From sequence record DRR723986_5034: DNA of 55,458 nt; one strand, 5' to 3'. Every line of letters starts with the position of its first letter. The first letter of the stretch is position 1. The position numbers and the translations under genes were made by a program. This document shows, in pieces, positions 32,181-41,990 of this stretch. Under the pieces are notes generated by a model, which had not been told where the DNA came from, searched no databases, and saw only the letters and a program-made list of their open reading frames with translations.

Positions 32181-32218
32181 AATTGATTACTTAATTTTTA
32201 GTAATCAATTAATACGAT
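32181..32218. promoter_or_regulatory. Operator upstream of katG (OxyR-like spacing; 11-bp inverted repeat)
   Basis: AATTGATTACT-N8-AGTAATCAATT; minus strand ATCG-N7-TGAT-N7-AATT-N7-CAAT. Confidence 0.55.
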
Positions 32219-32243
32219 TATTTATTGCCCTAATACTACAGCG

Positions 32244-32882
32244 CTAAAGCTTGCGCGCCACAATATAACGGCTCATGTGTCGCTTGGGGTAATTTCCGCT
32301 TTCAACAATTTCAAAGCCATGGTCCTTAATCAAGGTTTCCCACTGGGCGGCTTCCATGAAATTCACATAAGGTGCTTTGCCAAAAAACTGCATGACCGGC
32401 AAAAGCTTTTTCATCAAGCGCCACTTAAGCGGCGCGTCTGCGCCGAATGTACAAATGGTTTTTGAAATGAAATAACCACCCGGCTTCAATCGGCGGCCAA
32501 TGGTTTTAATCGCCGCAGGCGTATCTTCAACCAAATGCAATATATTATGTGCAAGGACCGCATCATAAGGCTTTGACGTAAAGCTGGTGCTTAAGACATC
32601 TTCTTGAACAAAGTCCACATTGGTAACACCCTCTGCTTTGGCTTTATTGCGGCCGATCTCAATCATTTTGCCGGACACATCACTGGCCGTGATTTGGCGC
32701 ACATTGCCTGCAAGCAATAATGCCGTTGAGCCGGTGCCACACCCCACTTCAAGCACATGGTCATCTGCCTTCAAGTAGCCCCGGGTTTTATTGAGCGTAT
32801 GAAGGTAAGCTTCCTCATTTGAAATGGGCGCTTTGGCATATTTCTCCGATACCTTGTCCCAAAATACTGCCGCGTCTTGCAT
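32244..32882 (-). CDS. Class I SAM-dependent methyltransferase
   Basis: FWDK....YAK, VLEVGCGTGSTA, SDVS, LKPGGYFISK. Confidence 0.92.
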   Translation of the reverse strand: MQDAAVFWDKVSEKYAKAPISNEEAYLHTLNKTRGYLKADDHVLEVGCGTGSTALLLAGNVRQITASDVSGKMIEIGRNKAKAEGVTNVDFVQEDVLSTSFTSKPYDAVLAHNILHLVEDTPAAIKTIGRRLKPGGYFISKTICTFGADAPLKWRLMKKLLPVMQFFGKAPYVNFMEAAQWETLIKDHGFEIVESGNYPKRHMSRYIVARKL

Positions 32883-32967
32883 TGTTTTTCTCCTTATTTG
32901 CTCAATTTACATAAACGTAACGCAAATATAAATTGTCGAAATAATACCATCTGATATACAAAAATGC

Positions 32968-33864
32968 ATGAATTGGAATGCTGTCTCTTTTGATTGGAAC
33001 CAAGCCCGGGCCTTTTTGGCAACCGTTGAGGAAGGCTCTTTATCCGCCGCCGCGCGGCAATTGGGCCTAACGCAACCAACGCTGGGCCGGCAAGTAGCCG
33101 CTCTGGAAGCGGCGCTTGATGTGACGCTTTTTGAACGCATCGGCAAATCATTGGTGTTAACGCCGTCCGGCTTGGAGCTATTAGACCATGTGCGCGCAAT
33201 GTATGCCGCCGCCAATCAAGTGTCTCTGACCGCCTCTGGCCAATCACAAGCCATTGAAGGGCGTATTCGCATCACCGCGTCTGACGTTATGTCTGCCTTC
33301 ATTTTGCCAAAGGCGCTTAAGCGCTTGCGGGCCATCGCACCGCTGATGGAAATTGATGTTGTGGCCGCCAATGATATTCAAAACCTGCAATTGCGCGAAG
33401 CTGATATCGCCGTGAGGCACGTGCGGCCAGAACAGCCAGACTTGATCGCCAAATTAATTGGAGATGGGCGCGGGCATTTTTATGCGTCAAAAAGCTATCT
33501 GGATAAACGGGGCGCACCCACCAGCATTGCCGACCTTTCATCCCATGACTTCATTGGTTTCGGCGACAACCAGCGTATGGTTGATACCCTGAACCAAATG
33601 GGCATGCATCTAACACTAGAGAACTTTCGGGTAGGGTCAAAAAATGGCCTTGTTGCATGGGAACTGGCCCGAAATGGCCTTGGCATCATTATCATGTCTG
33701 ACAAAGTTGGCCAGAAAGCACCAGACATGCAGCGTTTAATGCCAGACCTAGATCCCTTTTTATTCCCTATTTGGTTAACGGCACACCGGGACCTTCACAC
33801 CAGTCGCCGGGTGCGGGTGGCGTTCGATTTGCTGGCTGATTTTCTAACAAAAGAAATGCTGTAG
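32968..33864 (+). CDS. LysR-family transcriptional regulator
   Basis: GSLSAAARQLGLTQPTLGRQVAALE HTH; divergent from the methyltransferase. Confidence 0.95.
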   Translation: MNWNAVSFDWNQARAFLATVEEGSLSAAARQLGLTQPTLGRQVAALEAALDVTLFERIGKSLVLTPSGLELLDHVRAMYAAANQVSLTASGQSQAIEGRIRITASDVMSAFILPKALKRLRAIAPLMEIDVVAANDIQNLQLREADIAVRHVRPEQPDLIAKLIGDGRGHFYASKSYLDKRGAPTSIADLSSHDFIGFGDNQRMVDTLNQMGMHLTLENFRVGSKNGLVAWELARNGLGIIIMSDKVGQKAPDMQRLMPDLDPFLFPIWLTAHRDLHTSRRVRVAFDLLADFLTKEML

Positions 33865-33873
33865 GAGGTATAA

Positions 33874-34272
33874 ATGGCAGGATATTCAGGTACACCGCTG
33901 ATTAAAAAGTTGGGCATTAAAGAAGGCATGCGCATCAAATTTCACCATGCACCAGACCATTACCCTGCTTTGCTGGGCGACATACCTATTGGGGTAACTC
34001 CCCAAGCGACAGATGATATCACTTTCACCCATGCCTTCTACTATGAACGCGCAGACTTTGAAAAAGAGCTGCCCGGTTTAATGGACCGCATGGCACGTGA
34101 CGGCATGATTTGGATTTCCTGGCCCAAAAAAGCCTCCAAGGTGCCGACAACAATGACCGAAGATGTTATCCGTGAAGTTGCGTTGCCGATGGGCCTTGTG
34201 GACGTAAAAGTCTGCGCTGTGGACGAGGTATGGTCTGGCCTCAAGCTGATGATACGAAAAGAGTTACGTTAG
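33874..34272 (+). CDS. DUF3052-family protein
   Basis: MAGYSGTPL.KKLGIK, WISWPKKASK, GLVDVKVCAVDEVWSGLK. Confidence 0.85.
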   Translation: MAGYSGTPLIKKLGIKEGMRIKFHHAPDHYPALLGDIPIGVTPQATDDITFTHAFYYERADFEKELPGLMDRMARDGMIWISWPKKASKVPTTMTEDVIREVALPMGLVDVKVCAVDEVWSGLKLMIRKELR

Positions 34273-34277
34273 ACACG

Positions 34278-34955
34278 TTATGCCTTTGGTGCCGCAGCAT
34301 ATAAAAGGTTGCCTGTTTTAACCCAAACCCGGGCGCCGCTGCCGCCTGCCACCAGCGTAAGGTTATATCTGTCAGGCACACGTAGCCAGCTGTTTCGGGT
34401 AAATTCTTCGCCCGACTCGGTGAAGCTACCTTCCAATACCAACAGCTCTGCGCCACCTTTGGTGTCAATGACAACCTTACAACCGGCAGGCCAACGCTCC
34501 AGCCGCACGTCTTCGCGAGTGTCTTTAAAAAGCAGCATAACTTCAATACCTGTGCGCTTCTGGTCAGCGACAAAAGCTGCTTCATTCATATTGATATTTA
34601 CATGAGTGCGATCATGTATATCAAACTGCCACAGCTTCACGAAAATGATACAACCTTGCCCAGAACCCGGTGTGTGGAACGAGGTAGGCGGGTTACGAAC
34701 GTAAGAACCTGACGGGTAATCACCGTGCTCATCCTGAAAGACACCTTGCAGCACAATAAACTCTTCACCGCCAGTGTGGGTGTGGGCGGAAAAGTGGCTG
34801 CCGGGGTCATAGCGCACAATGGTAGTGGCGCGGGCCACTTCGTCGCCGATGCGGTCCAGCATACGACGGTTTACCCCTTTCATTGGCGAAGGGAGCCATT
34901 TAAGTTTTTCACTGTGAACCGAAGCGCGAGCGCTAAAGTTTGAGTTGATTTCCAT
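34278..34955 (-). CDS. ChrR-like double cupin protein
   Basis: RRMLDRIGDEVARATTIVRY, HTHTGGEEFIVL, YVRNPP.S.HTP. Confidence 0.9.
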   Translation of the reverse strand: MEINSNFSARASVHSEKLKWLPSPMKGVNRRMLDRIGDEVARATTIVRYDPGSHFSAHTHTGGEEFIVLQGVFQDEHGDYPSGSYVRNPPTSFHTPGSGQGCIIFVKLWQFDIHDRTHVNINMNEAAFVADQKRTGIEVMLLFKDTREDVRLERWPAGCKVVIDTKGGAELLVLEGSFTESGEEFTRNSWLRVPDRYNLTLVAGGSGARVWVKTGNLLYAAAPKA

Positions 34956-35027
34956 TATGATACTCTACCAAATAAGTCCTGCATTAGCGGGTGCCCATGA
35001 GCTGGGCAGCTCGCTAGTGCATTGTAA

Positions 35028-35654
35028 TCAAGCCAAGGCAGCCATGCTGGGCCGCGCATTCATCCGGGCTTTCCAAGCGGCAACATTGACAAGCTTCGCT
35101 GATGTTTCAATACCGGCGAAATCAGCAAAGCCAAACCCGGCAAAAGCCGTAATGTCAGCAACTGTCAATTTGTCGCCAACCAAATAGTCATTGCCCGCCA
35201 ACTTAGCATCAATCCATGCCATTGTTTTAACAGCCGTATCACGGCGGCGTTCGCCGAAGTCTTTATTTTCGTATGTTTCAATATCAGGCCCCAGGCCGGG
35301 CGTCGCCATATGAAAATAATTACCCACAGAGTCCAAGAGGCCATCTTCAACTTTGCGTTGGGTCATGTGAACAATACCGCGCTCCTTTGCGCTTTTGCCT
35401 GTAAGCGTTGGCTCACCGGTTAAATGATCAAGATATTCGGTGATCGCTGTACACTCGGTCAATTTAGTACCGTCATCAAGCTCCAGAACCGGCACGGTGG
35501 CTGCCGGGTTTATCGCCAAAAACTCTGGTTTACGGTGATCTCCCGCCGGCACATCCACATGAACAAACTCAACGCAGTTAAGCAGGCCTTTTTCTGCAAG
35601 CGCCAAACGAACCCGGGCCGGGTTGGGGAAGCTTTTAAAATCATATACGCGCAT
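35028..35654 (-). CDS. Glutathione S-transferase
   Basis: FPNPARVR, NPAATVPVLELDDG, ECTAITEYL, TVADIT. Confidence 0.92.
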   Translation of the reverse strand: MRVYDFKSFPNPARVRLALAEKGLLNCVEFVHVDVPAGDHRKPEFLAINPAATVPVLELDDGTKLTECTAITEYLDHLTGEPTLTGKSAKERGIVHMTQRKVEDGLLDSVGNYFHMATPGLGPDIETYENKDFGERRRDTAVKTMAWIDAKLAGNDYLVGDKLTVADITAFAGFGFADFAGIETSAKLVNVAAWKARMNARPSMAALA

Positions 35655-35694
35655 TTGTTTTCCTTTACGGGGTTGATTAATAACTTATTTTATC

Positions 35695-35761
35695 TACCTA
35701 CTGATAGATAGTTTACTATCGATGCAGAATACTCTTGTCAACCCCTATCTTCTGGTAGATA
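35695..35761. promoter_or_regulatory. Two related 16-bp quasi-palindromic operators between GST and TetR
   Basis: TACCTACTGATAGATA (35695-35710) and TATCTTCTGGTAGATA (35746-35761). Confidence 0.65.
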
Positions 35762-35770
35762 GTTGCAACC

Positions 35771-36343
35771 ATGGAACAAAAAAAATATTCCCCTAAGGCC
35801 AATGAAATTCTGGATGTGGCTGAAAGTCATATGCGGCATGGCGGCTTTGACGCGGTCAGTTTCCGTGACCTGGCAGCTGCGGTCGGCGTCAAAAGCGCCA
35901 GCGTGCATTACCATTTTCCGCAAAAGGCAGACTTGGGCAAAGCGGTTGTTGCACGCTACCGTGACCGCATAATTGAAACGCTCGGCGACCCAACCGACAA
36001 GCGGCCTCTCATAACCAAAGTAAAGCTTTTATTTGCGGTCTATTCCGCTGCGCTGAAGGACGGGGACAGCGTTTGCCTGTGCTGCATGCTAGGGGCCGAA
36101 GCGCGCTACCTGCCAACGGATGTGGCCGCAGAAGTTAGGCTGTTTTTCGAGAACATCACCCACTGGGCTCGAGACGCGCTGGCACAAGGCCGATCAAAAA
36201 CCATGGCATCAGACCTCGCCATGCATGTGGTCAGTGCATTGCAAGGTGCAATGGTGCTTTCCGTTGCTCTTGACGACGAGAACCACCTCAAAAATACACA
36301 AAAAATGCTAATGCGCGGCCTAAAGAAGGATAGTAAAACCTAA
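35771..36343 (+). CDS. TetR-family regulator (NemR-like)
   Basis: GFDAVSFRDLAAAVGVKSASVHYHFPQK HTH; CLCC motif. Confidence 0.93.
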   Translation: MEQKKYSPKANEILDVAESHMRHGGFDAVSFRDLAAAVGVKSASVHYHFPQKADLGKAVVARYRDRIIETLGDPTDKRPLITKVKLLFAVYSAALKDGDSVCLCCMLGAEARYLPTDVAAEVRLFFENITHWARDALAQGRSKTMASDLAMHVVSALQGAMVLSVALDDENHLKNTQKMLMRGLKKDSKT

Positions 36344-37065
36344 TCTACCAAACTACTGGCAATGGCACGAGCGGCCCCAATGGGGTCATCTGCCCCGGTT
36401 ATTGGCCGGCCAATAACCAACACATCAGCCCCGGCAGAAACCGCCGCTTGCGGTGTCATCACCCGTTTTTGGTCACCCGCTGCAGACCCTTCAGGGCGAA
36501 TGCCCGGAACAACCAGCTTAAAGTCGCTGGCGGTTTGGCTGCGCACCATAGCAATTTCTTTCGGGCTACATACAATGCCGTCCAGACCAGAGGCCTGCGC
36601 AAGACTAGCCAGTGTGGGCACAACCGTTGCTGTTGTGCCAGCAACTGACATGGCCGCAAGGTCGTCATTGTCGAGACTGGTCAGCAATGTGACACCAACA
36701 ACCCAAGGCTTAGGGACACCGTAACGATCTGCTTCTTCAGCAGCCGTTTCAGCCGCGCGGCGCATCATATCAGGGCCGCCTTGGGTATGGATTGTCAGAA
36801 TTTTTGGGGCCAGCGGCGCCACCGCACGAATGGCACCTGCAACCGTGTTGGGGATGTCATGAAATTTCAAATCCAAAAATATCGGCATGCCGGTTTCAGC
36901 CACAGCCTTAAAGCCGCCCGCCCCGGCAGCGCAGTAATATTCAAGGCCTAGTTTAACACCGCCGACCACACCCATAAGATGCTTTGCCGTGGCAACAGCA
37001 ACATCGGTGTCGGTGGTATCAAGCGCACAGAATATCCGGTCAGATGACTTTTGGATGTCAGACAT
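36340..37065 (-). CDS. pyrF: Orotidine-5'-phosphate decarboxylase
   Basis: FLDLKFHDIPNTV, VTLLTSL, VPGIRP, DQKRVMTP, VIGRPIT. Confidence 0.98.
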   Translation of the reverse strand: MSDIQKSSDRIFCALDTTDTDVAVATAKHLMGVVGGVKLGLEYYCAAGAGGFKAVAETGMPIFLDLKFHDIPNTVAGAIRAVAPLAPKILTIHTQGGPDMMRRAAETAAEEADRYGVPKPWVVGVTLLTSLDNDDLAAMSVAGTTATVVPTLASLAQASGLDGIVCSPKEIAMVRSQTASDFKLVVPGIRPEGSAAGDQKRVMTPQAAVSAGADVLVIGRPITGADDPIGAARAIASSLVD

Positions 37066-37082
37066 AAAAGCTCCTTGGCATA

Positions 37083-37463
37083 TTATGGACCCTTGTTTAG
37101 GGTGACCGACGTATCGGCGACCGCAGTTTCGCTGGCTGCAGAATGCGCTTTGGCAGATCGGTGCTGATGCGCATCTTCCCCGAGCGCAGAAACCTGCCCT
37201 TCCAGATAATCTGTCCTGCGCTCAGCTTTACGGCGTTTGGCAAAACCCTGCAGCCTAAGCCAGCCCGTAACACCAGCAGCCGCAATAACACCGACAAATA
37301 TGCCAAGAAACATCAAAAGATAAGCTGGTAGCGGTGGCAGATAACCAAAAGGCGCCACTGACAACACAATTGGCTGTCGGTTATTGATGGCAAACAAGAT
37401 CAGAACAAGGGCAAAAGCCAGCCAAAGCGAACGGCGAAAGATAATCCAGAAACTTTTCAACAT
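37083..37463 (-). CDS. LapA-family membrane protein
   Basis: Two TM segments with FAINNRQ; ihfB-lapA-pyrF context. Confidence 0.8.
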   Translation of the reverse strand: MLKSFWIIFRRSLWLAFALVLILFAINNRQPIVLSVAPFGYLPPLPAYLLMFLGIFVGVIAAAGVTGWLRLQGFAKRRKAERRTDYLEGQVSALGEDAHQHRSAKAHSAASETAVADTSVTLNKGP

Positions 37464-37590
37464 GAACCCAGGTCTCGCCGTGCTCTAGGGGACAAAACAG
37501 AAACATACATCTTCAAAATGAAAACCATACAACGTTCCCCCCTCTTAGGAGGTACGAATGACCAAGACATGCGGTAGCTTCGCGCAGCAA

Positions 37591-37869
37591 TTACTTGTTT
37601 AAGCGCTCACGCAAATCTTTACCGGTTTTGAAATAGGGTACGCGCTTGTCAGCGACTTCAACCTTTTCACCAGTGCGTGGATTGCGGCCAATACGAGCTG
37701 GTCTTTCCTTAACAGAAAAAGCGCCAAACCCTCGAAGCTCCACACGGTCCCCCCTGGACAATGCGCCGGTAATTTCATCAAAAATTTTCGAAACAATGCG
37801 CTCAACATCTCGGTAATATAGATGTGGATTGGCATCCGCAATTTTTGCAATCAACTCGGACTTGATCAT
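37591..37869 (-). CDS. ihfB: Integration host factor beta
   Basis: [48 protein letters not shown]. Confidence 0.98.
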   Translation of the reverse strand: MIKSELIAKIADANPHLYYRDVERIVSKIFDEITGALSRGDRVELRGFGAFSVKERPARIGRNPRTGEKVEVADKRVPYFKTGKDLRERLNK

Positions 37870-38179
37870 AAACATCCTCCCGCCAGGCACTCTTTTTAAG
37901 CCCCACTCATAACCTGAGCGCCCTTGTGAATTTTCAAAAGCGTGCCACCTTGGGCGGCTTCCGTCAAGATAAGCCTTTCAAAGAAAAGGGGTTTTAACGC
38001 GATTTTCGGGTCAGCGGGGCAAAAAAGCCATGAAATGCGCAAAGAATTTTGCAGTTAGCGGCTAAATTCTATGGTTAACGCCGCCCGAATATGCCGAAAT
38101 CAACATACCCTCAAGGTGTTACCAGGGGTGATTCTCTGGTTTTATTGAAGCCAAAAAACACGAAATCATTACAAGATAA

Positions 38180-38234
38180 GAAAAAGCCGCCCCCGGATTT
38201 CCAAAAAAATGGAAGGACCAGAGAGCGGCTTTTC
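38180..38234 (-). terminator. Long terminator hairpin after rpsA
   Basis: AAAAGCCGC...GCGGCTTTT arms enclosing an inner TTCCA/TGGAA stem; T-tracts on both strands. Confidence 0.7.
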
Positions 38235-38268
38235 AAATCGCTTTATTCAAGACGAAAACCAGAAAGGT

Positions 38269-39969
38269 TTATTTGTCGTCTTTGGCTTTCTCAAGAGCAG
38301 CGCCAAGAATATCACCGAGGCTTGCACCAGCGTCTGTTGAACCATACTGCTCAACTGCTGCTTTTTCTTCGGAAATTTCAAGCGCCTTGATTGACAGGTT
38401 GAGCTTGCGGCTCGACTTATCAACACCAGTCACCATTGCATCAACCTTGTCACCAACAGCGAAACGCTCTGGGCGCTGCTCGCTACGGTCACGAGAAAGG
38501 TCATTGCGGCGGATAAAGGCAGAGGCACCAGTTTCGCCAACTTCAACTTCGATGCCATTGTCGTTAACAACTTTAACAACACAGGTAACCTGCTCGCCGC
38601 GTTTCTTGGATGCAACATCCTTGAATGGGTCGCCGCTAAGCTGTTTAACACCAAGGCTGATACGCTCTTTCTTCATATCCACATCAAGAACGACGGCTTT
38701 CACCATGTCGCCTTTGGTGTATTCCTGAATAGCGTCTTCGCCTGAACGGTCCCAGTTAAGGTCAGACAGGTGAACCATGCCGTCCACGTCGCCTTCGAGG
38801 CCAATGAACAAACCAAACTCGGTGATGTTCTTAACTTCGCCTTCGATCTCAGTGCCCTGTGGGTACTTGGCAGCAAATGCTTCCCAAGGATTGTCACCGC
38901 ACTGCTTGAGGCCGAGAGAAATACGGCGCTTGGCTGGATCAACTTCCAGAACCATCACTTCAACGTCCTGGCTGGTAGAAACGATCTTGCCTGGGTGTAC
39001 GTTCTTCTTAACCCAGCTCATCTCACTGACGTGCACAAGGCCTTCAACGCCGCTTTCTAGCTCAACAAAAGCACCGTAATCGGTGATGTTGGTTACGCGA
39101 CCCTGATATTTGGTACCAAGCGGATATTTGGTTACGATATCGTCCCATGGGTCATCAGCAAGCTGCTTCATGCCAAGGCTGATACGCTGCGTTTCAGGGT
39201 TGATACGAACGATTTGAACCTTAACGGTTTCACCAATTGTAAGCACTTCGCTTGGGTGGTTAACCCGACGCCAAGAAATATCGGTTACGTGCAACAGGCC
39301 GTCAATACCACCAAGGTCAACAAAGGCACCGTAGTCAGTGATGTTTTTAACAACACCGTCAACCGCATCGCCTTCTTTAACCTGGTTCATCAATTCAGCG
39401 CGCTGGCCTTGACGATCTTCTTCAAGAATAGCCCGGCGCGAAACAACGATATTGCCGCGGCGACGGTCCATTTTTAGAACCTGGAAAGGCTGCTTGATGT
39501 TCATCAAAGGTGTTACGTCGCGAATTGGACGGATATCAACCTGAGAACCCGGCAGGAAGGCAACAGCGCCGTTAAGGTCAACAGTGAAGCCACCTTTAAC
39601 ACGGCCGAAGATAACACCTTCAACCCGAGCGTCGCCTTCAAAGGCTTTCTCAAGTTCGGTCCAGGCTTCTTCGCGGCGTGCTTTATCGCGTGACAGGATA
39701 GCTTCGCCCATCGCATTTTCAACGCGATCAACATAAACTTCTACTTCATCACCGGTAGCAATTTCGCCGTCTTGGCCTGGAGCCATAAATTCACGGAGGG
39801 GGACGCGACCTTCAGCCTTAAGGCCGATATCAATAATCGCGAAATCATTTTCAACAGAAACAACGGTCCCTTTAACAACACGGCCTTCAAAGCCTGTGTC
39901 TGCTGGCATTGTTTCATTCAGAAGCGCCTCAAAATCAGAGAGGCCTGGCATGGTTGCCGCTTCAGACAT
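38269..39969 (-). CDS. rpsA: 30S ribosomal protein S1
   Basis: Repeated S1 domains ([27 protein letters not shown]), ASLGDILG end; AAAGGA RBS before ATG 39969. Confidence 0.99.
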   Translation of the reverse strand: MSEAATMPGLSDFEALLNETMPADTGFEGRVVKGTVVSVENDFAIIDIGLKAEGRVPLREFMAPGQDGEIATGDEVEVYVDRVENAMGEAILSRDKARREEAWTELEKAFEGDARVEGVIFGRVKGGFTVDLNGAVAFLPGSQVDIRPIRDVTPLMNIKQPFQVLKMDRRRGNIVVSRRAILEEDRQGQRAELMNQVKEGDAVDGVVKNITDYGAFVDLGGIDGLLHVTDISWRRVNHPSEVLTIGETVKVQIVRINPETQRISLGMKQLADDPWDDIVTKYPLGTKYQGRVTNITDYGAFVELESGVEGLVHVSEMSWVKKNVHPGKIVSTSQDVEVMVLEVDPAKRRISLGLKQCGDNPWEAFAAKYPQGTEIEGEVKNITEFGLFIGLEGDVDGMVHLSDLNWDRSGEDAIQEYTKGDMVKAVVLDVDMKKERISLGVKQLSGDPFKDVASKKRGEQVTCVVKVVNDNGIEVEVGETGASAFIRRNDLSRDRSEQRPERFAVGDKVDAMVTGVDKSSRKLNLSIKALEISEEKAAVEQYGSTDAGASLGDILGAALEKAKDDK

Positions 39970-40169
39970 ATAGTGTCCTTTCAAATAGTCTTTTGTTTTC
40001 GTGCCTGCCGGTTGGTTCCGGCGGTCTTCTTTCGAGTTTTTCAAACACAGGCCCATCCTGTGTTTTTCTGTGGCCCGAAAGCCTCTAACACAACATTAAA
40101 AACCAACCCGCAACCAGATCATTCCCGGTTGCCAGTGGCCCGCTTATGCAGCGTCTTCGGATATTGGGG

Positions 40170-40802
40170 CTAAAGCCGTTCCTTCACCAGATCGACCGCC
40201 CTTAAAAACACGGCGTCTATAGCGAGTTCCGTTGTATCTAGCAAGAGGGCATCTTCAGCGGGCTTTAAAGGGGCGTCTGCCCGGCCCTGATCACGCGCGT
40301 CCCGCGCTTTCACATCGGCCAAAATTTGCGCATAGTCAACAGGGGTTCCACGGCCCTGAATTTCAAGGAATCGCCGATGCGCCCGCACATCCGGACTGGC
40401 GGTTACAAACAACTTCAAATCTGCATCCGGGCAAACCACCGTGCCGATATCGCGGCCATCAAGCACAGCGCCTGTTTTGCCGCCTGGAGGCGATTTCGAA
40501 AAATTTCTCTGAAATTCCAGTAAGTTAGCACGCACTGCAGGCATGGCTGCCACTTTTGATGCAGCATCTCCTGTGCGTTCATCGCGCAGCGCCGGGTCAC
40601 CGAGCAAGGTAGGGTCAAGGCCCGCAGAAACCTGAGTGGCAGCGGCAACGTCATCGGCGTTGGCGTCTGCGCGCAACACCCCAAGGCCCACAGCACGGTA
40701 CAAACTGCCGGTGTCCAAATAGGCATAATCAAATTCGCTCGCCAGTCGGCGCGCCAATGTGCCTTTGCCTGCCGCCGCAGGACCATCAATTGCAATAATC
40801 AA
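40170..40802 (-). CDS. cmk: Cytidylate kinase
   Basis: IAIDGPAAAGKGT, YLDTGSLYRA, DGRDIGTVV, RDARD..R. Confidence 0.97.
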   Translation of the reverse strand: MIIAIDGPAAAGKGTLARRLASEFDYAYLDTGSLYRAVGLGVLRADANADDVAAATQVSAGLDPTLLGDPALRDERTGDAASKVAAMPAVRANLLEFQRNFSKSPPGGKTGAVLDGRDIGTVVCPDADLKLFVTASPDVRAHRRFLEIQGRGTPVDYAQILADVKARDARDQGRADAPLKPAEDALLLDTTELAIDAVFLRAVDLVKERL

Positions 40803-40909
40803 GGCGAATCACCCATATCGAAACACTCACTTACTCAACGCCGACAGACACAAGAACCATCAAAATGATGTATATTCCCTGCTTTTTCTCCTAGCTTTTC
40901 CCTTGGCTT

Positions 40910-41434
40910 TTATACTGCTTGGTCACGGTATAATTTGAAAAAATAGGGTTGGTCCATTCCCTTAAAGTCCATCCAGCCAATAACGCTATCAGCATCAATT
41001 TTTCTGAAACAATCATTGATCGGTTTATCATCATAGCACATGGCCGCGGAAAGTGCCCCCCGAAACTCCAACATTCTGATGCGGGCCTTGGGCCTCTGGG
41101 TTGAAATGAGCGGGCTAATAAGGGGAAACAAAACCGGCGCAATTGTGTCGCGCAGCGGTAAATATGTTGCCAATCCAATGGGCAACAGCGCTGGGTTTAC
41201 AAAAAACCTTTTTTTGAAAACACCTCTGTGAATAAGTGGGTGCACCTCATTTTCACTGATGAAGCCTTTGCCCCACCAACGAGACGATTCGAGCATGCCG
41301 TCCATGGGGTGGTCGGTGTCGATGCCTTCGCCGCGCCAGAAAAAACCGAGCATATCGCATGCATCAACAGTCTCAAGGCTATCAAAATAGCTGATCGCAT
41401 CTTGTGTTGATAAATACTGGTTGGTGCGCACCAT
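40910..41434 (-). CDS. GXWXG/DUF4334-like protein
   Basis: G..WRGEG..T.HPMDGML, WWGKGF, MCYDDKPINDCFRK. Confidence 0.8.
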   Translation of the reverse strand: MVRTNQYLSTQDAISYFDSLETVDACDMLGFFWRGEGIDTDHPMDGMLESSRWWGKGFISENEVHPLIHRGVFKKRFFVNPALLPIGLATYLPLRDTIAPVLFPLISPLISTQRPKARIRMLEFRGALSAAMCYDDKPINDCFRKIDADSVIGWMDFKGMDQPYFFKLYRDQAV

Positions 41435-41551
41435 GCCCGTTCCCTATCACTGATAGTGCTGCGTTTATAGGTAGCCGCTCCATCGCGCACCAGAATATTA
41501 TGACTCGACTCGCTATTTGTCTTTGAGTACTATTAGAACAAATCATGAACA

Positions 41552-41977
41552 ATGAGCAGAAAACCCATGACAAATTCAGCCTCACCTATATCTAAAATTA
41601 CAACTGTGCTGCCAGTGGACACCGTTGAACCAAACGCGGTGTTTTTCGAGAAAATTGGTTTCCAGCGAGAAAGCGAGGTAAGCGAAGACCCTACGGACCC
41701 AACAACGCCGCTTGGGTTTGTTATCATGATCAATGGCAATACGCAGGTTATGCTGCAAAGCATTCAGAGCATCAGAAACGACGCGCCGGAAATGCTGCCA
41801 GATGGCGGCACGGTAGGGTTTCTATTCATTGAAGTAAACGACCTGAATGCAATCATTGATAATTTGAAGGACTATCCGGTTTTCATGAAACGGCGCACAA
41901 CCTTTTACGGCTCAGAAGAAATTGGCATCACCTGCCCCGGTGGTCATAATGTGACTTTCGCCAAATTTGATCGGTAG
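41552..41977 (+). CDS. VOC/glyoxalase-like protein
   Basis: FFEKIGF, LFIEVNDL, TFYGSEEIGITCPGGHNVTFA; start may be a later ATG. Confidence 0.75.
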   Translation: MSRKPMTNSASPISKITTVLPVDTVEPNAVFFEKIGFQRESEVSEDPTDPTTPLGFVIMINGNTQVMLQSIQSIRNDAPEMLPDGGTVGFLFIEVNDLNAIIDNLKDYPVFMKRRTTFYGSEEIGITCPGGHNVTFAKFDR

Positions 41978-41990
41978 AAGCTGTTTTTAG

